Source: Basidioascus undulatus
Lineage: Eukaryota
Length of the DNA stretch: 54,900 nucleotides
Direction of reading: 5' to 3'
NCBI GenBank assembly: GCA_000826855.1
Contig: JTLS01000049.1
Coordinates: forward strand, 1 to 54,900
The position numbers were made by a program, and so were the translations under genes. Shown piece after piece: positions 35,643 through 46,520 of this stretch. Every line of letters starts with the position of its first letter. Within the stretch, counting starts at the first letter, position 1. The notes under the pieces were generated by a model that was not told the origin of the DNA, did no database searches, and saw nothing but the letters and a program-made list of their open reading frames with translations.

Positions 35643-37749
35643 TGTCCCCCAAGGGCTGACTCCAGGCTGGTGAGCCCATGGGAACGGGACACGGAGGAAC
35701 GGCAGCAGCTGGATGCAGACTGACGCAATAAGTGTGGGGCCTTGCTGCTATGACAGGGTACAAACGCACGTTTTACTTATCTATTTTGTAATGCACAACA
35801 AAACAGTAACCAGCAACAGCAGCTGGTTTGCACAGCAGCAGGAGCTTCGAAATGAAACCGACTGCAGTGTCTGCCCAGCAGAGACCCTTTCTGACAGTGA
35901 ATGTACTACTACATTTCAACATAATCTCTCCAGTTCTGTATGAGACATCAGTCTCATTGTACACGTTGCATATTTGAGTGAGCCCACAACAGGGCAACCT
36001 CGACCTAGATCACTCATATGCAGTCTGTAGGTAGTAAACTAGAGGTGCTCTGGAGTAATCACATTTGTATTAGCTGTGTCACAGAAAAGTACCAGACCTT
36101 CATATTCAGCAGCGTCATATCAATTCAGGGGACGATTCAGTTGATGTTGGGCTGGGCACTGCCAACGTGACACACTGCTCCAGCAATGATCAAACATGTT
36201 TTAGCAGCAAAGTAACCACAACAAGCACTCAAGTCCAGCCAAATAATACATTCCCAGACCTAAACAGGGTCGTGCCAACTGCACCTCACTTGAGTTCAGG
36301 TGTGCTTCTGGCTCAGAGTGCCCGTTCATTGACCAACAGTGCAACAGCAAACTGCCTCTTGTCTGAAGCTCATGTGCCAGTGTAGGATTTAAAATGCTGC
36401 ATTGGTTCTAAAAAATCAGAACCAATTTATAAAGAAGGGAAGTTCACATGAAACACATCAATGAATGGGCAAGTGAACATGATTCCTCCTTGACTTGGCT
36501 GAAGCTGCATGTCTCCTCAAAGATGTTAACAATGGTAAGAAACACTTTTCTTTTGCATATTCTCATTCACAGTGCAAGAACCGTGACAATCAGCTGAATA
36601 AAAAGGTAGGCTGCCCTTGCAGGTTGTATGTTAGCAGGACACCAGTCTGACAGGTGGCTGCAGCGGGACAAAAGACTAACAGCTTATGTGAAGAGTAGCT
36701 AAATCAGAGGTGTGCGTGCAATCTTGATGACTTCTCCCTACCTCTCCTCTAGCAGTGATGTGCAACACCACCTTAACACACCTCAAGGGATCTCTGCTCG
36801 CCTCCAGCTGACCTGCTGACTTGCTCATGTGTCTTTGCTCGCAGCTCCATGGAGGGCATTGCAATCGAATGGATAGCCTGAGGTCAAGGCTGAAAGGGTG
36901 AAGAACAAAATTCAAGGACATGCAAATGACCTGACTGGTAGTGATGGCAGGCACCGTTGGACTGCTTTATCAGACTCCTCGCTGCTCGGGACAGAAGGCC
37001 CACTATTTGGCAACATACTGGTGGGCACAACTTGTAACAGCTCTCTTGAGGTCCCGAGCTTGCGAGGGGTCTGATTGATGATCGCTCGCTTTCTCGCAGG
37101 GATTTCTGGCCCTCCAAAGAGTGACTTCAGTTCTTTCATAGTAAAGGATCCATAATATGATATAACAAAAGTACATCCTCAAAATTAGGGCCTCTCACTT
37201 GCTCTAGAGAGCTCACCAGAGCAGGTCAAAGTTGGTCAAAATGGGACTCCGGCTGCGGAAGGCAGCGCGTGCGAGCCGCCCGCTGCGGAGTGCCTGCCTG
37301 ACCCCTTGCCTTTACTGCTGGAATAAAATGGCTTTCACTCAGTTCAGGAGAATAGCGTTGGGCGCAATGAAGGCTGCCACCCCAGCTAAGGTGCTGGCCT
37401 CCCCCACCTCTTCCAGGGCAAGGCTGCAGAGAAGGTCTAGGTGGAGAAGGTGAAGGAGGGGAGGAGGAGGTCTGGGTGGAGGAGTGTGGGTAAGTGAGGG
37501 GCTGGTTGGGTGGGGAAGAGGGGGGTGGTTGTTCTTTTCTGGGCAGAGCTATTGTTGTTCTGGGTTTGAGTCTCAACTGTTTCTATTGTTTTAAAGTCTT
37601 GCATCTCAATGAGCTCCTAGGCATGGCGGTACTCTCCCGTGTGCTCTGCATGAAGATGGTGACAATGATGGTGTGTGGTAGAGGTGTCACGGCATTACAA
37701 ACTGTCAAAACTGCAACCGAAAGCCTCTACCTGATTGGGGGGGGGGACA
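35643..37749. mobile_element. Candidate decayed DNA element with short terminal inverted repeats
   Basis: Left at|TGTCCCCCAA, right TTGGGGGGGGGGACA|at; interior visibly poor in CpG and rich in TG/CA, with stop-ridden minus-strand ORF remnants. No transposase recognised. Confidence 0.4.
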
Positions 37750-37958
37750 ATTGCGGCGACCNGGGGGGGGGGGGTAACCTGTCTAGAGCCTCACTGTCCA
37801 GCTGCCTGCCGCAGCGGTATGTCACGATGCATCTCCCAGTCACTTCTTCCCCTGCATTCCATGCTCCATCTTTCAACAACATACTTTATAGTTGTGGAGC
37901 TATGACGCTATGTATATTATGATGCTCTGGGGCTATTGAGTCTGGATTCCCAACATTA

Positions 37959-38127
37959 TAGGGGTGTAATTCAGTCTTCTATTGCTTGGGGTTCACAAAC
38001 CGTTCGAACCCAAACTGAACCAGTCACAGACCGAACTGAACCCAAACCGATTTGATGGTTCCGGTTCACAATATTCCAGAAAAAGTCAGACCGGTCTTTG
38101 AACCAAAACTGAACCACGACACCTCTG
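37959..38127. mobile_element. hAT-like MITE or remnant (~170 bp)
   Basis: Termini TAGGGGTGT...ACACCTCTG with many internal GAACC/AAACCG/GGTTC subterminal-type motifs; no 8-bp target duplication visible. Confidence 0.45.
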
Positions 38128-38342
38128 GTGTGTGTGGATCAGCTGTGCCTTAGTTAGTGGCAGCATGGGCAGGCGTGCACCAGTGGCAGCAGCTGCACAA
38201 GGCCTGTGAGCACAGAATCATTGTGCCTGATGGACTATGCTTTTGTGATGCGAACAGTATATTACTTTTCAAGTGTAAAGTCCTTGTGCAATCGGACTGC
38301 CCTGAACTAGTTGGAATGGTAGTCAGCAGGAAACGAGCATCT

Positions 38343-38414
38343 TCCTCCTTAGCTCAGTGGTAGAGCGCGTCACTAGTAATGACGAGGTCAGTCGTTCAAG
38401 TCGGCTAGGAGGAA
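38343..38414 (+). tRNA. tRNA-Thr(AGT), intronless
   Basis: Full cloverleaf: TCCTCCT/AGGAGGA acceptor, GCTC/GAGC D stem, CGTCA-CTAGTAA-TGACG anticodon arm, AGTCG-TTCAAGT-CGGCT T arm, discriminator A, then a T-run terminator. Confidence 0.95.
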
Positions 38415-38619
38415 CTTCTTTTTGCACATTCATCTTTTGATACCCTTTGTTAATGCCCAATAACCCATTATTTGGTGACAGAAAAGCATTGAACGCTTGG
38501 GACAAGACACCACGGCAAGCGGAACCTTCTGCATTTTGGCGACGCAGCCTTGCGCGTAGGGTTGAAGGCGGGGCTTCCACGCTCGAAGCAAGTCATTCTC
38601 GCTTGACTTGCACCCCTCC

Positions 38620-40982
38620 ATGCTCTTGCGACACCTCCGCCAACGCACACACGTATCCGGCTTATTTCATAGACTTCATAGACCGCTCGCAACAATGGCC
38701 CAGCCGCCGTTCAAGATTGAGCTCACTGAGAAGGAGGACGAGATCTGCCGCGTGCTCGACGGGTGCGCCCGCGAGCTCCGGGAGAAGCGGGAAGACTTGA
38801 AGGGGCTGGAGCTGAGGGTTGCAGGTGGATGGGTTCGGGACAAGGTGAGTGAATCCTGCTTTGATGTGGGCTTTATGGGTTGTCTGCTGGCGAGGTTGAG
38901 TGGATGGCGTAGGGTGATGTGGTCGAGGGAGATGGGAGCTTCACGGCGCACTGCGCTGCAGCGCAATGCACAGAGCTCGTGGCCGCGGGACTGTAATTAC
39001 TGCTTTATTCGGCACCGATATCCATGGATTCTGTTCTATGAATTGTTCCTTTCCTTCCAATCCATGTCGTTCAGCTGCACAATCCAGCCCATAGACCCCA
39101 GATCGTCGCCATGCTCATCCGCTCTCCTTGTGAATGTCAGCTTCTCTCCCTGCCCTCCGACGACCTCGACATTGCCCTCTCCGCAATCAACGGCCACCCC
39201 TTCGCACTCCTACTCTCCTCCTTCCTCACCTCCCGCTTCCCCGACGCCGCCACATCCTCTATTGCCAAGATCGAAGCGAACCCGGACCAGTCCAAGCACC
39301 TAGAAACGGCGCGCATGAAGGTCCTGGGCATCGAGCTTGACTTCGTCGGCCTGCGGAACGAGGTCTACGCGGAGGGGAGCCGGATCCCTACCGAAGTGGT
39401 GAGTTGCTCGCGCCGGAGCGGAGCGGAGTCCTGAAATTCTGGGACGGATGCAGACCTTCGGCACACCGCTGCAAGACGCCTTGAGACGAGACAACACGAT
39501 CAACGCCCTCTTTTACAACATCCACACGCGGGAAGTAGAGGACTTCACGGAGAAGGTTCGCCACGCTCATCCTGCTACTTTCAACCCGCTATGTAGCGGC
39601 TGACGCTGCTTGTGTCAGGGACTGTCGGACCTGGCGAACGGCCTGATACGAACCCCTCTACCCGCCCTGCAAACCTTCCGCGACGACCCGCTTCGAGTCC
39701 TCCGATGCGTCCGGTTCGCGTCGCGCTTCGGTTTCCGCCTCGATGAAGATGCCGTCCAGGCTGCGCGACAGCCGGAGATTCGGGAAGCGGTAGGCGCGCG
39801 GATCAGCCGCGAGCGGGTAGGCATCGAAGTGGAGAAGATGCTCAAAGGTCGGCGATTATTCCCGCTCTGTCGATGTCCCTCGCACCTGTTCATTACACGC
39901 GACAACGCGACAATCCGCAGGTCCGAATCCGCTTCAATCGCTACACCTCATCAACAGGCTCGACCTGCACAACACCATCTTCTCCCTCTTCCCGCCGACG
40001 CGCGAGCCGGCACCCGCTCCTCCCCAACTCGCCCTCGCCGCCGCCAATATCTTCCACATTCTTCTTTCTCCCAACTCGCCCGTACCGATCCACCCTGCGC
40101 TGCTCGCCGACGTGCAGCGCGACAGCACGCTGCGGAAGCGCCTCTGGCTTGCCGCGGCGCTCGTGCCCTGGCGCGGCCTCGAGGTCAAGGAGAAGAAGAA
40201 GATTGTGCCTGCCGTGGAGAGCGTAGTCCACAATGGTCTGAAGGTATGCGCTTCTGTCTTTCAGTCTCTCCTCGCTTCCGCTGACTCGCAGTCATCACCT
40301 GCAGCTCGGAAACGCCGAACGCGCGGCCGTCTCGAACCTCTTCCACTCGGCGCACCTCCTCTCTTCCCCTACTCCGGACAAGTTCGCCTCCCACCCCCAA
40401 GGCGAGCGCGCTGCTATCGGGATCACCCTGCGTCATCAGACCGTCCACAAGCCGTCCGTGAACGCATACTGGTCCTCCTCCACGCTGTGGGCACTCGTAG
40501 ACGAGCTGCTGCCGCTGTGGTCTTTCGAGACTCAGAGTCTAGACGGTGCGTTCCTTCGTTTAGCCTCAATTAATATCCCAAAGCTGATAGTCCGCTTCGC
40601 AGCCCACCGCGCAAAACCCATCGCGGAGGTGTACAACGCTTTCGCGGCACGCGTCGTCGATCTGGCCCTTCCGTCCGAGCTTGAGGCCCACCCTCTACTC
40701 AACGTGCGTCATAAATCCCTCTTACCTCTCAGGCCCGCCGCTTACGCCTCCATTCCACAGGGCAACGCGATCATGCAGCTTCTCTCGATCAAGGGCGGCA
40801 AGATCCTGCAGACGCTCACCGAGCGCGTGGTCGAGTGGCAATTCGCACATCCGCAGGGGACGCCCGCGCAGTGCGCCCATTGGCTCAAGGCCGAGTGGGA
40901 TGCCGGCCGGCTAGGCGGAGGAGAGGTGCGCAAGAGCGAGGAGGACGGCGATGGCGGGAAGAGGAGGAAAAAGAGCGAATAG
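38620..40982 (+). CDS. CCA1: tRNA nucleotidyltransferase (CCA-adding enzyme, class II)
   Basis: LRVAGGWVRDK/LLSLPSDDLDIAL, IEANPDQSKHLETA, DFVGLRNEVYAEGSRIP, FGTPLQDALRRDNTINALFYN, IRTPL...TFRDDPLRVLRCVRFASRF, ISRERVGIEVEKML. In-frame ATGs at 38620 and 38695. Confidence 0.95.
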
Positions 40983-41129
40983 GCGGGGCGCGGGAGGTTT
41001 CGTTCAATGCAGAACGTGCCTAACTCGCTTCGTCTTTCACCGAACGGTCGAGCTCGTGGGTGGCTCATCTGCGTCCGTAACGCTTGAAGTTGCTCCTTCG
41101 AACGCGTAACAGCCCACGTACAAATTGAA

Positions 41130-42200
41130 GCTCGACCCTCGAAGGCCTCTCCCAACTCTTTCGCATCGCTGTCGCTCTCGATTATCACTCGGCCTTCACC
41201 TCGCTGCTCGCGTGCTGCACAATAATATTACGCTCTACAACCTCCTCATGGGCGTCCCAAACAGCACGCCCGCCGCCGCGCCCCGTCCCATCTCCTCGAT
41301 CGCGTTCTGGCGACGCAGGAGCCTATCCACAACCGCGCTTCAGCCACGCGGGTTACGAAGCGCCGACCAGGTTGCAGAGAATAACTGACTGAGCTCGCGT
41401 CGAATGTATCGAACCCGTCGACAGGCTCTCGGTCTTGCCAATCAGGTGTCCGAGGGACGAGTCGACAAGGTCGATCCACAGCCCAGTGCCGAGACCTTGC
41501 ACGCTTTCCGCAACGTTGAGGACGGTCCCAGCCAGGCTGTTCCGCATGCGCATCTATTCTTAGCGAGTGACGTTTGATGCCGGGATTATACTTACAGTTT
41601 GGAAACCGTCGATGAATGCCACCACGTCCAGTAACTGTGGGCCGGCTCGAGGCGCTCGAGGTGGTCGAGGTCGGAGAGTGCCTCGTCGAGGGCGTCAACG
41701 ATGCTGGAGCTGCCATTATTCCGTATGTCTTCTATCAGCTTCGGCGAGCTTGGGGTTGCAAACGAGCGACACACAGACAGGGCACAAGATCCGGAGGCTT
41801 GCGTCCGTCACTTGGGAGGATAGATTTGCCTTCGACACCCCACAAGAAGTAAGCCCCACATATTCCTCTGCTACAGAAAGAAATGGCTCTGCCTACTCAC
41901 GCAAGCCTTTGGTCGGCCTCGCAATGGTGCTTCGTAGCTGTTCCAAAATGCGCTCGAGCTCGCCGACCCCATGGTGCGTGTCGAGAGTCGCTGGACTCTG
42001 TATGAATAGAGCGCGCGACGCGACCTGGTGCACAACACAGAAGCCGGCTGTATGTGGGTAAATCTCCTGCTCAGCGTTTCCCGGTCTTAAATGCTGTATC
42101 GAATGGGGGGTACGCACCCAATGCGGATAGAAGCACCCGGACGCCGAGCATGTTGGCTGAGGATTTCGGCTGGCGTCGTTGGAGACGAGATGGATTGAAA
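41130..42200 (-). pseudogene. Degenerate gene fragments of unknown family
   Basis: Protein-like stretches (IVDALDEALSDLDHLERLE, AVVDRLLRRQNAIEEMG, GELERILEQLRS) broken by stops and frameshifts. Confidence 0.25.
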
Positions 42201-42990
42201 AGGATGAAGGTGAGCAAGGTTAGACCAGCTGGAGTTGAGACGGTAAGGTATGTCGAGACTTGCGAAGGTGGCTCGTATGAAAGTGGCGGGGATGGGCACT
42301 CCGCAGCGGTACAGATAGAGAGGCTGTTGCCAAGGAATGCGGATGCCTTTGCATCTTTATATATCACTCTTCTGAAATTGCGTCTTTAAGGATGATGACG
42401 ACGGGGTGTTGATAAGCCAACTATAGGAGCATAGGCCAGTTTCTGGGCACTGTGGACCGAAACAGGGCAAGTCGAGATCGCCCACCCAATGGATGGCGTA
42501 CGGAGAACGCGCTCTCTCTCGATGAGGCTCTTCATCGATACCAGGGGACCGCGTCAAGGCACACTCAAACAGGCGGAAGGCGTGTTCGTTTGCTAGCGAC
42601 CGCGAAGGGGGTCTTTCCACCTTTGCTAGGCTGTTAAGTAGGCTGGTCGCCGTTCATAGCCTGTTTGAGAGCGTCATTTGAGGCATCGCTATCGCTTGCG
42701 CCAGCTGGAATTGCGATCGACAGAATAAAACATAAAGACGTCAGAGATAATGTGCAGGCGAAGCCAGCACGCTGCGGTCAGCCAAACCGTGCTCGCCAGC
42801 GAACACGCCTTCCGCCGCAGCCCGAAATGCACTCGTCTCGGACTAAGCATGCGCCAGACAGGTCACTACTCCTGTCATAACGTATCATTCATGCACTGTG
42901 GCCGCTATTTGCAATACATGCACGGACAGAGCGACCCCGTCTCAAAGATAATCACAACAAGCTAGCGTGTCCTCCCACTCCTCAAGACTC

Positions 42991-45945
42991 CTACTCCTCA
43001 TCATCAACTTCACGTCCGCCGTTCTCTTGGCCTTCCGGCTCCGCGCGATCCTCCTCCTCGACGCCCTCCATGCCAACTCCTGCCGCCTCTGTGGTAGCGA
43101 GTGCCGGTGCCGATGAAGCAGCTGCCGCTTGGCGCTGAGGAACAGGATCACTTGTCAGCATCATCGTTCGGGAAACGGAGATAGAGTTGTGGCGAGGATA
43201 GTTTACCTCTTTCCATGCATGCGCCATCTGAATGTATTGGAGTCAGCGAGTGCGACTGGAAGAAGTGAGGGAGGCAGCGGACCTGAAGGAACTTGGACGC
43301 AGACGAAGCGGCCGCCTCGTCGTCCGCGAACAGCATGTCGAAGTCTGTTGGACGAAGTTGTAGTCAGCGCGACCGGCCGCGAACGTCAAGGGTGAGTCCG
43401 GACGTACACTCCTCCACGCCTTCAGGGGTGTTGCGCCATTTCTTGACGACCCGCGGCAGGCGCGCCTCGACCTTCCTGAGCGTCTCGGCATCGCCGTGCT
43501 CGGCTTCGAACGCCTTCCAGGCCTCGAGCAGGACGACTCTCTGCCGACCGAAGGAAATATGTGAGCATCGTTTCATAAGAGTTCATTTAGCCCAGCGCAA
43601 GCGAATGTCCGCACCTCCTCCTTGAGCCCCCGATCCTTGAGGTCCTTGTATCCGCGCTCGAAGACCCTCCGCGCCTTATCCTCCTTGCTCTCCTCGTCCT
43701 CCTCTTGCTCGCGCTCCGCGTCCTCGTCGACCTCCATCTCGGACACCTCGAAGAGCGCGTACGAGATCCAGACCTTGACGTGGCCCGTGCGCGAGAGCAG
43801 GCGCTCGTACAGCGCGCGAGCGCGCGCGCGCTCGCTCTCCTCGAACTCGAAGTCGATGTACGCTTTCCAGAGGACTGTTGGCCAATATTGCATGTGAGCA
43901 GCTCTCGAAAATGAGGACCGGAAGAAAGTAAGGATAAGCTCACGCTCGGGCATGTCGAGCGCAGGCTGGTCAACGGCCAGCTCGAAAATGGCACGAGCAC
44001 GCTCGGTGTCGCCGAGCTCCGACTCCAGCTGCGCGAACTTGATCCACGCCGAGCAGTTGGTCGGGTCAAACTGACAGAACATCGTAGTCAGCTTCCGGCC
44101 TCAGGCCATCGCAGCTGACAAGACAGTCAAACGCACCTCGAGATACTTCTGGTAAAGTGTGCGTATCCGATCGAACTCTCTCAGCTCAAACTCGAGCTCG
44201 ATGTAGTTCTTGAACAGCGCCTCCTTGGGGCACATGCCGACGGCGGTGCCGAAGATCTTGCGCGCGGCGGGCAGGTCCAGTCGGCGGATCTCGAACCGAG
44301 CGTACTGCGTCCAGAGCTTCGCGAACGTGAACTGCTTGTGGGGGACGAGAGCGAGCGCAGCGCGGTAGACGGCTCGGGAGCGGTCGAAGTTCTTCGTCTC
44401 CAGCTCCTCGAAGAGCGCGTAGTTGAGCCACAGGAAGATGTAGCGGCGCCAGTCTGCAAACAGCGAATATCAGCATACGAAGTAGTCAACTCGGCGCACA
44501 AGACCAGTGTGAGACGTACGTCGCTTCTCCCCTCCGGGCGGAACCTGCGCCACGGCGCGCTCGTACACCTCCCGGACACGATCGGCAGCAGCCTGCGCGT
44601 CCTCCTCCGTGCCCTCCTCGCGTTCAGCCCGGAACGCGTCCTCCTCGAGACGGATGTAATCGAACCAGACGTCATAGTTGCGCGCGTCCTGGTTGAGCTC
44701 GTCCTCGTACTGGATGCGGCGCTTCCCGAGCACGGTCGCTTCGACGCCAGAGCGCGTGCCGTGTTGCTTCTCGAAGCGAGTGTACGCGGCGTAGAGCGCG
44801 GCGGATTTGGAGCGCGGAAGGCGCGAAAGAGCGTACTGCAGGATCATACATGTTCAGTGAACGCATCGAAAGGGGCAGCGCGATCCAGCAATGCACCTTG
44901 TAGATAACTCGAGCACGCTCATACTCCTTCAGACGAGTTTCCATACGCGCAAACGCGGCGAAGACGGACTGAGCACGCTCGATCTGCTCCTCGTCGTCGC
45001 CGAAGAACTCGAGAGCCATCTGGAAGATCTCCCGAGCGCGATCTGGCCGGGATTGACGGTGTGAGTGCACGCTCGCGATTGAAACCCCGCACATCTCCCG
45101 CGGCGCAGTAGGATCATGACAGACTCACCGCTTTTGCCGCGCTCCTCCTCAAACTTCGCCCACTTGACCCACGCCCTCGGCTCGGGCCGCACGCCGACCC
45201 AACGCTCGTACACAGCGCTCGCGCGCTCGTACTCGCCGTAGCGCTCTTCGAGCTTGATGTACGCCGCCCACGCCTTGTCGTCCGGCTCCCAGCTCATCCA
45301 GCGCTCGAAGACCTGGCGCGCGCCGGGCACGTTGTTGAGGAGCTCCTCCAGGTGGACATACTTGTACCACAGCTGGTTGATGCGCGGGAGGAGGGTGACC
45401 GCGCGGTCGAACAGGTTGCGCGCGTGGTTGACGTTGCGCGCTTTGAGCTCGATCTCGGTGTAGCGCAGCCAGAGGCTCGTCGCCGTCGGGTCGACGTCGA
45501 GGGCGCGCTCGAAGACGGAGCGGGAGCTGTGAGGGTGAGGCCGGCAATGAGCGTCCCACCGCTTCACCCTGACTGAAGACCTTCCACGTACCGGTCATAT
45601 TCGCCTTGGCTCGCCTCCCACACGGCATATGCAATCCACTCCTTCAGCTGTTGCGTCCCCCAGTGCGCGTCAGTCCTCATGTCTGTCTTCCTCGCTACTG
45701 CTTAGCCGAGCGCGCCGGGAACTCACGTTCGTCCTCGTCCTCCGAATCCGCTCCTCAAACTCCTTGCGCTTGCGGCCGCGGTACTCGGTGAGCTCCTCAA
45801 AGTCCTCGACGCGCTGCTTGGGTGCGCGGTACGCGGGCTCCTGGCGCTCCTGGGCCTCACGGAGGAGCTGCTCCGCCGTGATCTGGATCGCGGCCGGCGC
45901 CCTGTTCTTGACGCGCGGCGCTCTCCCTTCGCCAACACCGGACAT
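42991..45945 (-). CDS. CLF1: Pre-mRNA splicing factor Clf1/Syf3 (crooked-neck, HAT repeats)
   Basis: [133 protein letters not shown]. Confidence 0.96.
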
Positions 45946-46520
45946 GCTGGGCGAATTGAGAAAGTATAGAGAGTAAAGACGAGTCGAAGGCCAGGTAGGC
46001 CGCGCGGTGAAGGTGAAGGGCAAGAAGGAGCGCTGATGAGTGCGCGCGAGGCGTCGAACAGCTTGTAGGCACCCATTTTTTGTTCTACCATTGTCGCTGC
46101 AGCGTGGAAAGCAGGCAGTGCTCGCCAATAGCGGCACCGGCACAGACTGTGCAATGAAAAAGAATTTCTGTGCAGTCAGTCTGTCGGCCGCTTCATGCAG
46201 CGAAGCGCTCGGGATCGCCACGATGCATCACAAGTTACCGCCGCGCTGCGCGACCGTCCGTACCAAATAATGTACCATGGCACACAAGCAGCAATCTTCA
46301 TAGTCTGACCGGGGATTGTTTTCGTTGCGGTTCGTGGAGAGAGTGATTGCCAGGGTAGCGAGACAGACGTCTGTTGAAGCCTAAGGCCGTGACGTGCAAC
46401 CTCGCTGCAGTGGGTTCGAAGCAATTTGGCTGAAGCCAGACCCCACCCCTGAGCAGACTTCCAAAAACGTAAGCGCTCCAATAAGTAATATCCTTGCTCA
46501 GCGCAGACCCGCCGCGCCGC

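Noticed and set aside
37737..37774. G-runs around an N as a G-quadruplex element
   Set aside because: Coincides with an ambiguous base and homopolymers, so the local sequence is unreliable.
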